Below are positions 25,348 to 38,673 of a DNA stretch of 64,000 nt, piece after piece. Position numbers and translations under genes: made by a program. The stretch is taken from contig OX597833.1 in the NCBI GenBank assembly GCA_951406725.2, positions 12,710,001 to 12,774,000 of the forward strand. The letters run 5' to 3'. The DNA is from Octopus vulgaris (lineage: Eukaryota). The first letter of the stretch is position 1; every line of letters begins with the position of its first letter. The notes under the pieces were generated by a model. The model saw nothing but the letters and a program-made list of their open reading frames with translations, was not told the DNA's origin and made no database searches.

Positions 25348-25859
25348 TCTATATATATAAAACTGTAGTTGTGTGAGTGTCTGTCCCCTTCGATTTAGAT
25401 TCCTAACTACTCCCACATTTTGCGGTGCAGTTTAACCAAATTCGGGTATCTTATAGTCGTGATTTATATCAAGCCCGTCTGAGTATTAGTGCCCGTCTAC
25501 GATGAGTCTACGATTTTAAAAATAATTTAACATCATTTTTTATTCCATTTTAATGCATAATTTTTCGTGTGTTGATGGCGGCGGAGTTGGCGTCCATGGT
25601 CACACCTGCACCTGTTTGCTTCTCCCCTTCTTCCCTCCCTCGTGAAGCTGTGGGGAAGGGAGTGTAAGCAAATCAACGTCGTAAAGCGTTGTCAAGGAGA
25701 CCAGCGTTCTTTTAGAACAACGACTTCATGGCTTGAAGACACCAAAACAGAAATGGCTAAGAAAGCCCGAATTGGCATCTATAAGGGAAGTAACTCTCTA
25801 AAAATGCTTATATAGTTATTTCCCTTACAAACCCGAGCAACGCCGGGCGATACTGCTAG
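25348..25859 (+). mobile_element. Non-autonomous Helitron
   Basis: A|TC...CTAG|T ends with no TSD, and a GC hairpin CCCGAGCAACGCCGGG just upstream of the CTAG. Confidence 0.85.
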
Positions 25860-26251
25860 TTGTTTCTAAAAGACAAATTGAATAAAATTGGATTTATTCA
25901 ATTTGACGTACAGATGTTTTAATTTTTTTGTAACTAAACTCTTTGAAACTTTGGATATTGGTAGAACGTGTCACGTAGAACAGGGCTTATTCTTAACGGT
26001 TTTGACAAAATTTTGTATTTTAGAAGTTACTTCGTGTTAAATTTGTCGTATTTGGGTAATTTTTACCAATCAGTGACGTGTATTCAGCTGAAGAAAATTA
26101 CTGCTGCTGTTTGCAAATAACAACTTCCAGGTCCATTGACAAAACGATGAGTCTTCGACAACAGAAAAATTTAAACTGAAAATCTCCGCTAACAAAACCC
26201 TTCTTTAATAACCAGAGATGTTTTTATGGCAACATATATGAGATTGTGTCC

Positions 26252-26329
<78 letters not shown>

Positions 26330-26334
26330 ATACT

Positions 26335-28118
26335 TTATTTAAAAGTCTTGTATTCCGATAAGCCTTCTATTTGCACCTTGGCTCTATAAACGACCCCTTT
26401 TACCAAACATTTCCCTTCCAACGGACAGGAGGATTCATCTTTACAATTGCATTTCTTAAGGGGATCGGCACCATACTTAATATCAATCAGATTCCTATTA
26501 TGCTGGCTAATGTAAGAGGCGAAATTCCTGCAACAAGAATAGCTAATCTTAAGGGTTCTTCTATTAAATATTCTATAGAATTTATGGTCCTGCTTAAAAT
26601 GCCTAGAGACTAATTTCAAGAATTCCTTACCTATATTAGTTTTACGGCCAAAATTGAAAGCCGGGTTGAACCACAAAACTTTCCTGGTCCTAGTTCCGCG
26701 CGCAGCATTACTACTAGCATTAAGCTGGTTGTACTGGATCTTCTCAGAGAATCTACTATTCCTTAATGCGCTATCGTAATAAGGTGCAGCATTATGGAAT
26801 GCTGCCTCATCCGAAGAAATTGACGATATTCTTCTACCTATATTGCTGACTAAGTTCCTAAGGATAACTGGCGGATGGTTCGAATCTTTGCTAATATACG
26901 ATAGCTTGTCATTGGGCTTACGGTAAGGTTTAAATCTATCCGACCTTATATTAAAATTTACATCTAAAAAATCTACACTTTTCAGGTTAGTATTTATTGT
27001 AACCCGTAAGCCCATCCTTTGGAAGAAAGCAATAAGGTCCTTCCTAAGTCTATCTGATTCATGGCCGTTTAAATTATGGGTGGCTATAAGGCCATCATTC
27101 CTATATAAACCTGCATCTATAAATGGGAATTCTATTTTTAGATTATGAAGAATAAAGGCTCCTATGAGCATACATAACTCAGCCCCACATCGAAAAGAGA
27201 ATCCTCACTCTTCTTAATCCAGGTGGAATCCTCGAAAAAAAAGAAATGATTTCCTCGCATGTATGATGATATCAATTTCCGAGCTACCAATGTCGACATA
27301 CTGCTTGGCGAAGTCCAATGCCCTTAGGAGTAAAGTCCTAGATATTGACGGGTAAAAGTCAATAATATCGAACTGCGTAAAACTGCAATTATGCTTAAAG
27401 CTAATGCCTTTAAACCACTCTATGACTGACTTACTATTCTTCCAAATTCTCAAATCTAATTCACTATCTAACTTAGTTAAAATACGGTCTAAAATATATT
27501 TGCTAATAATGCCTATCTCAGTTTTAGCCGGATTTATCAATCTACATTTGGGGTTTCTATTAAAATTGGCTTTATTGTCTTTTAGTGTAATAAAAGCTGG
27601 TCGTGGGGAAAGATATTCTATTCTATCACTAATCTTAAGATTGTTAGCTATTCTTCTTGCTTCAAAATTCACCTCTTTGTATATATTTGTGTTATCTTTT
27701 TTGTATGTATCTGTGACACTATTCGAAATCAGACGCTTGTAAACGTCCTTATCAAGTGCATATAAGTTCCTTGTCTTATCAGAATTAACGAAGATCTTAT
27801 TCAGGCTGTTAATCTCCTTAATTTTTTCTTTCATATTTCTCTGTAATTGGTTGCTATATTTACGGAATTTAATTTTCCTAATAAGTTCGAAAAGGTCTTT
27901 CTCGAAGGCTTCTAATTAACGGAAGGGGTGGTGGATTTCTGGGAGATTTAAGTCCATATTTGTTTCCGTCGGTTTTCTGTTTAGTATCAAAGAAGAAAGC
28001 TTTCCATCTCAATTTTCGAACAAACTCTTCCGTTTTCTCTATAAGACCTTTGAGATATTGCTTCTGTGCAGGGATAGGTATATTTTTTCTGAGAAAAATC
28101 CAGCGGGTAAAGTTCCAT
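26335..28118 (-). mobile_element. Decayed Penelope-like element (RT + start of GIY-YIG endonuclease)
   Basis: Peptides IPIPAQKQYLKGLIEKTEEFVRKLRWKAFFF, RLINPAKTEIG, QFDIIDFYPSI, GLYRNDGL (YRDD mutated), DFLDV, YRKPND..YI...SNHPP and CNC....CPLEGKC....VVYRAKV. Frameshifts, a motif-B deletion near 27190, and 3' truncation at (TAGA)n. Confidence 0.9.
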
Positions 28119-28455
28119 CTTTTTCAGCTGTTGAATTTAGCTTATAGTCTATATGGATACAGTGATTTTACATGCGAGCAACTTTGCGTATACATATGTA
28201 TACATGCATTTGTGTATATATTTTAACTTTGTATTTATATGTCTGTATATGTATGTGGTCTTCGCACATCTATCTGTGTATGTTGATGTATATATGTATA
28301 GTTTATTATGAGTATGTACTGTTGTGTAATATTTTAATGCATTTTAATATTTTAATTTCAATTTCCATGTATTAATTATATTTTCTTTTATTAATGACAA
28401 TATGTATTTTAACCAAAGATTCGATGTAAGGTTTTTTCCTCGAATTTTATAATTT

Positions 28456-28492
<37 letters not shown>

Positions 28493-28620
28493 TGAGCTCA
28501 TTTTTGTTTATCGCTCAAAAATGACCGTTATTTGAAAGGATCAATCAAACAAGTCCATTTTTAAAGGTGTAGTGTTTATACTAGTCTTGATAGAATTGGC
28601 ATATCGGTTCTATTTTAGCA

Positions 28621-28667
28621 AAAACTGTCCGACGAACGGGAACGTGAAACTCAGAGTAACAGGTTTT
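28621..28667 (+). ncRNA. Type I hammerhead motif with variant core CCGACGA
   Basis: CUGU-CCGACGA-ACG(GGAA)CGU-GAAACUC-A-GAGUA^ACAG. Stem I extends as AAAAC/GUUUU. Lies about 500 bp from the Penelope-like ORF start. Confidence 0.6.
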
Positions 28668-28767
28668 GTTGAATTTTCCGCTGCTTTTAAATAAAGCATA
28701 TTACTCTACCACTGGTATTTGAGTACTCTTTTTTCCACCTTGTTTCACATTTATGTGTTTACTCCGG

Positions 28768-28853
<86 letters not shown>

Positions 28854-28984
28854 GGGTAAATAATTATTAATTTTAAAATTAATAATTATTACCAAGTAGT
28901 TATTGGTATGAAAAGAGAACCATAATTTATAGGAACTTTTACAAAAAGTTTCTCATATATATATATATATATATGATTAGGGTT

Positions 28985-29297
28985 AAGCAACAGGCTGCTT
29001 AACCACATACCGAAAATTTAGAAATAGCAGCCAAAGACTGCTTATTCCTATTTACTACAGATATAGCTCCACATATAACATTACTTGTAACTCACATAGG
29101 TAAAAAGAAGGCAAATAACGAAATCAAACAGTGTTCGGTCAGTTGTGGATGCGTTTCTGGATTAGAATTATAAAGAACTCATTTTTTACCTATGCGAGTA
29201 ATGTTATATGTGGATCTATATCTGTAGTAAATAGGAATAAGCGGTCTTTGGCTGCTATTTCTAAATTTTTGGTATGTGGTTAAGCAGCCTGTTGCTT
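28985..29297. repeat. Imperfect inverted repeat (~110-bp arms) of a dispersed TA-associated repeat
   Basis: The arm sequence recurs at about 33200, 54650 and 59220. Confidence 0.85.
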
Positions 29298-29929
29298 GGC
29301 ACGTAAAAAGCACCCACTACACTCATGGAGTGGTTGGCGTTAGGAAGGGCATCCAGCCGTAGAAACATTGCCAGATCAGACTGGGCCTGGTGCAGCTTTC
29401 TGGCTTCCCAGACTCCAGTTGAACCGTCCAACCCATGCTAGCATGGAAAGCGGACGCTAAATGATGATGATGAGATATATATATATATATATATATATAT
29501 AAGCAACAAGGATATCCAAGGTAGTGTAGTACAACTGTTTCATGCTACTTCGTTTTATTAAACACTGTACTACTCTACCTTGGATATCCTTGATGCTTAT
29601 TTTGATTATAATCACCCCATTTGATTTATATATATATATATATATACACACACATACACAACATACATTAATAGGCAGAAGTTACACAGTGACAATGACC
29701 AAATTCGTGGTTTGATAAGTGCCAATACATGAAACTCTCAGCTTTTGACTTACTCTCTAACTTCTGCCGATGATATACATACATATATATATATATAAAA
29801 AAAAATCTCATCATGCAACTGAACCAATGAAAAAGTCTCTACCTGGTCGCTCGACACGCTAAAAATAACAGCCAAAGTATCCCCCTACCTAAATCACACC
29901 CCCATTCTACGTTATGTCCTAGATTATCC

Positions 29930-31110
29930 CTAATAAGATGGTGACAACATTTTAGGACAGCTGCTAATCTCATCATGATGCTTTCCACAGTTGCACCTAG
30001 GGATTATGAGAGCGTCACTGTCTCTCTTGTTCACCAGGTACTGTGTGACAATCTCCTGTTCCTGGATTGCAAATGCATAGCCTTCAAAATGTGATGTGAT
30101 GTAGTGGTCTTGTGTCCAAGGGAGGCTGCACCTTGTGTCAGTTCTACTGTTTTCTTCAAGCTTCCATGCATAGTCTTTTTTTTTTTTTGTATGCTGAGAA
30201 TCGAAATCGATCAACATCAATGGAAATTGCAGCTGTGATACCAGTGCCGGTGGCACGTAAGAGAACCATCTGAACGTGGCCGTTGCCAGCGCCGCCCCAA
30301 CTAGCCTCGTGCCGGTGGCATGTAAAAAGCACCATCCGTTTCTGGCCATTGCCAGCCTCGCATGGCCCCCGTGCCAGTGGCACATAAAAAGCACCATCCG
30401 ATTGTGGCCGTTTGCCAGCCTCGTCTGGCACCTGTGCCGGTGGCACATAAAAAGCACCCACTACACTCACGGAGTGGTTGGCGTTAGGAAGGGCTTCCAG
30501 CTGTAGAAACATTGCCAGATCAGACTGGGCCTGGTGCAGCCTCCTGGCCTCCCAGACCCCTGTTGAACCGTCCAACCCATGCAAGCATGGAAAGCGTATG
30601 CTAAACGATGATGATGATGATGATGAGTGCTTTCCATCCAGGTCTTCTCTGAGATAAGAGAGTTTTGTAAGGAGCTCACTGCCAACTCATACAATGTTGC
30701 TCACTTCACTTTTAAGGACTGCATTAATATATATAAAAACCTATTTCTTTACTACCCACAAGAGGCTAAACACAGAAAGGACAAACAAGGACAGACAAAC
30801 GGATTAAGTCGATTATATCGACCCCAGTGCATAACTGGTACTTATTTAATTGACCCCATAAGGATGAAAGGCAAAGTCGACTTCGGCGGAATTTGAACTC
30901 AGAACGTGACGCAGACGAAATACCGCTAAGCATTTCGCCTGACGTGCTAACGTTTCTGCCAGCTCACCGCCTTGATATATATATAAATACCATACAGCAT
31001 TTGAAGGCCGTCTGCACTGATCTCAGGCCTCTACCACCTTCATTTCTTCTTAGGTAGACCCTGTCAACATCACTGTTTCTGTGGAAGTTCCCAGTTGTCA
31101 GGATGGTATG
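29930..31110 (-). mobile_element. R4/Dong-like non-LTR fragments interrupted by SINEs
   Basis: FHRNSDVDRVYLRRNEGGRGL (about 30985-31105) and EGYAFAIQEQEIVTQYL..C..ISSCPKM (about 29935-30170). Confidence 0.75.
30236..30625 (+). mobile_element. 'Family C' SINE-like repeat with (GAT)n tail and internal ~62-bp tandem units (others at 8075, 29298, 34578)
   Basis: GGTGGCACRTAAAAAGCACC units, TTGGCGTTAGGAAGGGC motif, and GAT tail. Confidence 0.8.
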
Positions 31111-31139
31111 TATGCGTGTATGTATCTGAGAGTGTATGT

Positions 31140-31382
31140 GTGTTTGTTTTAAGTATGAATACTCTTTACTTGTTTCAGTCATTTGACTGTGGCCATGCTG
31201 GAGCACTGCTTTTAGTCGAGCAAATCGACCCCAGGACTTATTCTTTGTAAGCCTAGCACTTATTCTATCGGTCTCTCTTGCCAAACTGCTAAGATACGGA
31301 GACATAAACACACCACCATCGGTTGTCAAGCGATGTTGGGGGGGACAAACACAGACACACATACATATACTCACACATACAT

Positions 31383-31443
<61 letters not shown>

Positions 31444-31606
31444 TGACAGGCTTCTTTCAGTTTCTGTCTACCAAACCCATTCACAAGGCTTTGGTCGGCC
31501 CTAGGCTATAGTAGAAAACACTTGCCCAAGGTGCCATGCAGTGGGACTGAACCCGGAACCATGTGGTTGGTAAGCAAGCTACTTACCACACAGCCACTCC
31601 TGCACC
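31140..31606 (-). mobile_element. Family A SINE
   Basis: Full-length alignment to other copies. Confidence 0.85.
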
Positions 31607-31651
31607 TATATGAATGTATAAAGAGATTGATAGAAAATGTTATTGTCTCTA

Positions 31652-32430
31652 AGCTAAGTTCCTTCTTTCGACACAACTGTTGGCTCTCCTCCTGCAACTC
31701 AACTTGATTTCGAGCCGGGTCTGCTGGAGAGGACCGACCAGGTAAAGGACTTGGGTATCTTGGTGGATTCTTCCTTTTCGCCTTCGGCCCAGTGTGTCCA
31801 TGCTGCCAACAAAGCACGCGGAGTTCTGTTCTTGATTTGACGGTCATTCGGAATACTCACAGCAGCCACATTCCTACCGCTCTATATCACGCTGGTGAGA
31901 CCCTTATTGGAGTACGGGATTCAAGCCTCTTCTCCTTATCTCCTCAAAGACATACATCATCTCGAAAGAGTCCAGAAGCTGGCTACCCGCATGGTTCTTG
32001 GTCTCAAGAATTTGTCTTATGAAGAAAGGCTGAAGACGCTCGACCTTTATTCTCTAGAAAAACGCCACCACCGTGGTGATCTCATTCTTGCTCACAACAT
32101 CATAAGCGGAAAGTGTAACCTCTCGAAAGAGCTGTTCTTCACTCCTGCTCCAGAGCGTCGGCTGCGGGGTCACTCCGAAAAGCTCTATCTGTGACGGTTT
32201 CATCTCAATTGAAGGAGAGGGGCTTTCTCTGCCCGGGTTGCAGGTCCGTGGAATAATCTGCCGGACGAGATAGTGAAGATGCCGACAACTGCTTGGTTCA
32301 AAGTCTCTCTTGACCAGAAATGGCCTGAACTCTTTGCATGAACACCACCCTGTACATAACTACATGTCCCCCTACATGGCCTTGCTTTTTGCTTTTTGAG
32401 CCAAAAACTTAACTTAATTTAACTTAACAA
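31652..32430 (+). mobile_element. 5'-truncated CR1-clade LINE
   Basis: KDLGILVD, LVRPLLEYG, LERVQKLATRMV, LSYEERLKTLDLYSLEKR..RGDLI and WNNLP, with an (AACTT)n tail at about 32407-32428. Confidence 0.9.
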
Positions 32431-33272
32431 TGTGCTTGATCTTGGTTTGACCAATAGCAGTTAAAGGTACACACACACACACACACACACACATATTTCT
32501 ACTTCTAAACTGGTCTTATTTTATGAAGCATGCAAATAAAAAAAATTGGAATTTAGTTGTAATTATAAAATTACATCTCTCAACAGCTAAAAGCATTCTT
32601 TTTCAGCTTTACAATTATTGCATAAATATTCAAATGTTTCATTAAATGGAACCTTTTTTTCTTTATTATTTTTTCATATATTTCTCATCATTCTGTCAAA
32701 CACTTGGAATTCACACCTCCGTGATTATGCGTCACGGTGCTCTGAACCATTAAGCTAAAACCATTCACACTACAAATTCTACCGCAAATTTAAGATACAA
32801 GAATTTGTGGTGTAGGTAGTTTAGCTTAACGGTTCAGAGCACCGCGACGCGTAATCACAAAAGTGTGAGTTTGAGTCACATAGCCGGCCCCCAACACTTT
32901 TTTCTGCAAAATAGGGGTAGCTTATCCTGTTCAGGCTATATTATTAGCATTATCCTGCATTTGAGAATTTAAAATCACTCCTTAAACTTTCTAAGACATC
33001 TCAACACTTCTAAAGCAAACTTAGTTTGTTTGTTTATGTTCATCATAATTTGAATATATATATATATATATATAATCATTACAGATAAAGGGTGAAATAT
33101 AATTAATTTAATAAAATCAACAAATTTCACCTAGTAGTCTTTTGGTATGGAAAAGGACCATATTCGGTAAAAGTTTATATAATTATAACAATAAGTCCTC
33201 TGGCTGCTATTTCTAAAATTTTCGGTATGTGGTCAAGCATATTGTTATAAATATATATATATTTATATATAT

Positions 33273-33312
<40 letters not shown>

Positions 33313-33684
33313 CAGACAGACAGACAGAGAGAATCCACAAGAAATATCTAAGTTCTTAGCAACAAGTTGATTTCAACATGTTTTCACAAGACTGATCTCC
33401 GAGTCGGTCAGTTTTTAAGGATAAAGGTAAGAAATTTTTCATATCTTGCAAAACTGCCATTTTAGCATATGTTCTAGGAAAAGAATTTACAATTATTTTA
33501 ATCCATTACTGATAAATATAACTTTTTTTTGTTTGGGAATTTTCAGAAAATTTTTGTGAATTTGTCTTCAACACATGAGAATTCAAATGATTATGAAAAT
33601 AAATTGTATGTGATTTAAGGGCAATTTAGCTGTTATTTTTAGTACAGCTCATGACCACCTGATACTTTCTTTGTTTCTTTGTCA

Positions 33685-33845
33685 CGCAGGAGTGGCTGTG
33701 TGGTAAGTAGCTTGCTTACCAACCACATCGTTCCAGGTTCAGTCCCACTGTGTGGCATCTTGGCCAAGTGTCTTCTGCTATAGCCTCGGGCCGACCAAAG
33801 CCTTGTGAATGGATTTGGTAGACGGAAACTGAAAGAAGCCCGTCG

Positions 33846-33878
<33 letters not shown>

Positions 33879-34088
33879 ATATGCTTGTGTGTCTGTGTTT
33901 GTCCCTCTAGCATTGCTTGACAACCGATGCTGGTGTGTTTACGTCCCCGTCACTTAGCGGTTCAGCAAAAGAGACTGATAGAATAAGTACTGGGCTTACA
34001 AAGAATAAGTCTCGGGGTCTATTTGCTTGACTAAAGGCGGTGCTCCAGCATGGCCACAGTCAAAATGACTGAAGCAAGTAAAAGAGTA
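33685..34088 (+). mobile_element. Family A SINE
   Basis: Full-length alignment to other copies. Confidence 0.85.
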
Positions 34089-34574
34089 AAAGGGCATGTA
34101 TTAAAATTTTTCAATATTTTTCTCCCCATAAACTTATTTAGTTGCATCCAAGGGTGAACGAAGAATTCGGAATATCCATATTTTAAATTCCAATCAAATA
34201 AAAAAAAATATACAACAAATGAAGGTAGCAATTGGTCGTGGCTTTTATTTTGGGAGAATTTTCAGAAAAATTTTGTTAATTTGTGTTCTATGCACTGGAA
34301 TTCATATGTTTTTTGCTACAAAAAATAAATTAAAAAAAGATAATTCAAAATAAATTTTAAAATATTTTTTATTTCCATAAATCCTAAAATTTCCTACTTC
34401 TTTTGAATTTTATTATTTAAAAAATCAGAATTTAAAATACAGATATTCAGAAGTTTTTGCTTAAATTTCAGCAATGGACCACTCTTGAACAATATCAATA
34501 CATCATACTGACAAAGAAACGAAGATGGAATCAGGTGGTTGTGCAATGTGCTAAAAACAACAGCTGAATTGCCT

Positions 34575-34608
<34 letters not shown>

Positions 34609-34985
34609 TTAACATCCGCTTTCCATGCTAGCATGGGTTGGATGATTTGACTGAGGTCTGGCGAACCAGACTCCAATCTGATCTGGCAGAGTTTCTACAG
34701 CTAGATGCCCTTCCCAACGCCAACCTCTCCGAGAGTGTAGTGGGTGCTTCTATGTGCCACTGGCACGGGGGCCAGTTTGGTGGTACTGGCAATAGCCACG
34801 CCCAAATGGTGCTTTTTATATGCCACCTGCACAAAATCACGCACAAAAAGTTTATTTGCATAATCTTTTGAATTCCCACGTATAGAAGACAAGTTTGTAA
34901 AAAGTTTCTGAAAATTCTGTAAAGTAGAAAAGTGACAAGGGGTTTCATGGGGTCCTTAAGCTAAAATTCTGTCCCTCCAACTAAG

Positions 34986-35315
34986 AGGAAATACCAACAG
35001 TATTCCATTGAATATTTGTCTTATGGCTGTATTCTGTTGCCACAGAATGAAGTGAAACTAATGTGTCTCACATGTATGGATGTCCTGTCATTGCATGAAA
35101 CCGGCTCAGCTTAAATCCATTCAGAGACCAAGCTGAAAGACAAGTAAAACAATCCAGTAAAATATTTTAGAAAACTGTGCAATGAATTCCAAGCAAGGAA
35201 AATAGTGAATAAGTCATTTAGTAATCAATTATGTAAAAATAATGGTCAACTGACATCCTATGAAATTTCTAAAATGATAGCAAAGGTTGGGAAACCTTAT
35301 AATATTGGTGAAACA
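34986..35315 (+). mobile_element. Degenerate hAT (Buster/Charlie-like) transposase N-terminal fragment
   Basis: QYSIEYLSYG..MCLTCMDVLS..MKPAQL and SYEISKMIAKVGKPYNIGE, with frameshifts. Confidence 0.7.
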
Positions 35316-35700
35316 TATGACTGAAGCAAGTAAAAGAGTAAAGAGTATGTGTTTTCATGCATCCGCTGCTGAAAATTTGGTAAATGCAGTTAATGTAGGG
35401 GAGACAACTCAAAACTCAGACATCTTGAAAGTGTTACTGAAACAAATTATCTATCGATGTTTAGAAAAGTCTAAACTGGAGATGAATGACATTTCATTTA
35501 TGAATTGGCAAATATTTAAAAGTCTTAGAAATAATAGATACTAGAAAGGAACTATTAAAAAATAGAGCAATGAAAGAAGAAAAAAAAAATCACTTTAATA
35601 GAATAATTATCTCCCTTGAAAGGTTAACTTTACGTAAAAGCTTATAGCAACGAAAAGCTACAGGATTTCTTTCCCAAATCAGTAAAAATCAATAAATATA

Positions 35701-36105
35701 TATTTCTTTACAATCCACAAGGGGCTAAGCACAGAGGGGACAAACAAATGGATTAAGTAGATTATATCGACCCCAGTGCGTAACTGGTACTTAATTTATC
35801 GACCCCGAAAGGATGAAAGGCAAAGTCGACCTCGGCGGAATTTGAACTCAGAACGTAAAGACGGACGAAATACCTATTTCTTTACTACCCACAAGGAGCT
35901 AAACACGGAGAGGACAAACAAGGACAAACAAATGGATTAAGTCGATCACATCGACCCCAGTGCATAACTAGTACTTAATTTATTGACCCCGAAAGGATGA
36001 AAGGCAAAGTCGACCTCGGCGGAATTTGAACTCAGAACGTAACGGCAGACGAAATACGGCTACGCATTTCGCCCGGCGTGCTAACGCTTCTGCCAGCTCG
36101 CCGCT
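35701..36105 (-). mobile_element. Family B SINE dimer
   Basis: Full head at 36105 plus one headless unit. Confidence 0.85.
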
Positions 36106-36127
36106 CAATAAATATAGTTCTTTAGGT

Positions 36128-36576
36128 GGATCTTTTCGGTTTGAACGGCAGTTTTTTCTAGCAGTGTCATATGAAATTGTCACTCATAATTATGACCCTA
36201 GTATCGATCAATTGCATTTCAAGTGCAGTTTTATATAAATCTGTTTTAGGGTTAGTTAGGGTTAGGGTTAGGGGTGGGGGGAAGGGTATTTTTTTCTTCT
36301 TCAGAAATGTAAATAAACCCAATCTGTTTCTTAAACGAGGGACATATTCATACAGCACAGAATGTTTTTTTTTACCTCAATAGACGTCATTGATTGGTTG
36401 AAATTGTAGAAATTGAAGAAAAAACAACAACAAATATCTTACAAACTATAGAATTTTCTCAATAAAGCCAAGAGAAAAAGATGTTTTATAAACACATTCT
36501 ACCAGTACACGAAGTTTAAAATTTTTTAGTTACTAAGAAATTATGTTAAAAACTGCCGTTCAAACCGAAAAGATTC
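36128..36576. mobile_element. MITE, TIR GGATCTTTTCGGTTTGAACGGCAGTTTT, 8-bp TSD CTTTAGGT
   Basis: Both TIRs and the TSD are visible. Further copies at 15038-15722, 16794-17107 and 24252-24540. Confidence 0.88.
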
Positions 36577-36921
36577 CTTTAGGTCAGAGCATAAACCAAA
36601 CATTGATATATTTAGCATTAACTCTGTAATTGTTAGTCTAAGAAAATATACGACAGAAGTTTCCGACAGTTAGTAATATATATATGGAATTACCTCCCTT
36701 CAGTTACAATTGTGACCAGCTCTGTTGAGAAAATGGCTAACATTTGAAAAGCTAACGGCACAAAAATATTATTTCACTCGACTTTGAGACTGCAATGAAA
36801 TATTATTTTGGTTTTCTTAGTCAATAATAACAATAATTATACAATATAAGCTACTTTAGCTTATCCACTTTAATATACGGCCATTGTTCAATATAAACCA
36901 TCGTAGAAACAATAACTCTGA

Positions 36922-37258
36922 GCACTTTTTCAAACTCCACCCGTCTAACACCCGTGCACATATTTACAAAGTAAGAAAACAGCACAGCTCCCATGACTTT
37001 AGGAAACATTTTTTCACGCTGTGAGTTGCTGAAGCATGGAACAAACTGCCGGCATCAGTTGTAAGTTGTCGGAGCACTGCATCCTTCAAAACTTCCATGC
37101 TTTCTGAGATTCGCCAACACTACACCTGATTTTCTCCCCTCCATACACACACAAGCGTGTTCACTTTCCAGACATTTCTACATTACTGCATGTACTTTAT
37201 ATGCACTTTCTGACAAGTTGTGGTGCACCTGAGCACTGTATACAATAATTTCATTATA
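36922..37258 (+). mobile_element. CR1-clade LINE 3' fragment
   Basis: NTRAHIYK..RKHFFTL*VAEAWNKLPASVV..ASFK followed by 3' UTR. Confidence 0.75.
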
Positions 37259-37583
37259 TTAAACCAAGCCTTAAATAAATGTTACAACATTACGTGAATT
37301 CACGTAACTATAAAACTGCACTTAAGTAAGTGAGATGTGCAGGCGCAGTTATGGCTGTTGCGGTTAAGAAATTGACTTTGCAACCACGCGCTTTCGGGTT
37401 CAGTCCCACTGCGTGACATCTTGGGCAAGTGTCTTCTTCTAGGCCTGGGTTGACTAATGGTAGAAGGAAATGGTGTAGAACCATTCCTCCGCGCTTGTGT
37501 GTGAGAGAGAGATCTATAGAGATAGATAAATAGATAGATAGATAGATAGATAGATGGATGGACGGACGGACGGACGGACGGAC

Positions 37584-37658
<75 letters not shown>

Positions 37659-37959
37659 CTGTGTTTGTGTTTGTCTCACATCACCACTTGACAACCGGTG
37701 TTGGTTTGGTTACCTCTCCGTGTTATAACGGCTCGGCAATAAGAGAACGATAAACACCATACATTTTGGAAATAGATACTGGGATCGATGTGATCGACTA
37801 AACCCTTGAAGGTGGTGCTCCAGCACGGCCGCAGCCAAGTCACTGAAACCGCTAAAAGAAAAAATAGTTTGGTATTTTCTCTTGATGCACCACTTTAATA
37901 CTCTTTTCTACTCTAGGCACAAGGCCCGAAATTTTTGGGGAGGTGGGGGCAGTCGATTA

Positions 37960-38418
37960 GATCGAGCCCCAGTACGCAACTGGTACTTAATTTATCGACC
38001 TCGAAAAGATGAAAGGCAAAGTCGACCTCGGCGGAATTTGAACTCAGAACGTAGCGGCAGACGAAATACCTATTTCTTTACTATCCAAAAGGGGCTAAAC
38101 ACAGAGAGGACAAACAAGGACAGACAAACGGATTAAGTCGATTACATCGACCCCAGTACACAACTGGTACTTGATTTATCGACCTCGAAAGGATGAAAGG
38201 CAAAGTCGACCTCGGCGGAATTTGAACTCAGAACGTAGCGGCAGACGAAATACCTATTTCTTTACTATCCACAAGGGGCTAAACACAGAGAGGACAAACA
38301 AGGACAGACAAACGGATTAAGTCGATTACACCGACCCCAGTACACAACTGGTACTTAATTTATCGACCTCGAAAAGATGAAAGGCAAAGTCGACCTCGGC
38401 GGAATTTGAACTCAGAAC
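37960..38418 (-). mobile_element. Family B SINE tandem array
   Basis: 184-bp period (GAAATAC at 38063 and 38247). Confidence 0.85.
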
Positions 38419-38673
38419 ACCACTTTAACAGTTTATTTGCTCACGTTGTCGTTGTTGCCGTTGACTGAAAATAGGATAAAAAGAAATAATTGCTTAAGCC
38501 TATGTATGTTCAGGGTGCATTCCAAGAGTTTTGAGACGTCTTTGGGAGAGACATTCATTAATTTCAAAGTAGTTCAAAACCCTAATCTCTTTCTAAGTAG
38601 GAAAATCTGACTTTAATGCGATTGTGGTAGTGCTCCGGCCATTTCGTAAAAGCACCAAGGACCCTAGTCACAG

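Noticed and set aside
30236-30462. CRISPR-like repeat-spacer array
   Set aside because: The context is eukaryotic, the spacers are mutually related, and there are no cas genes.
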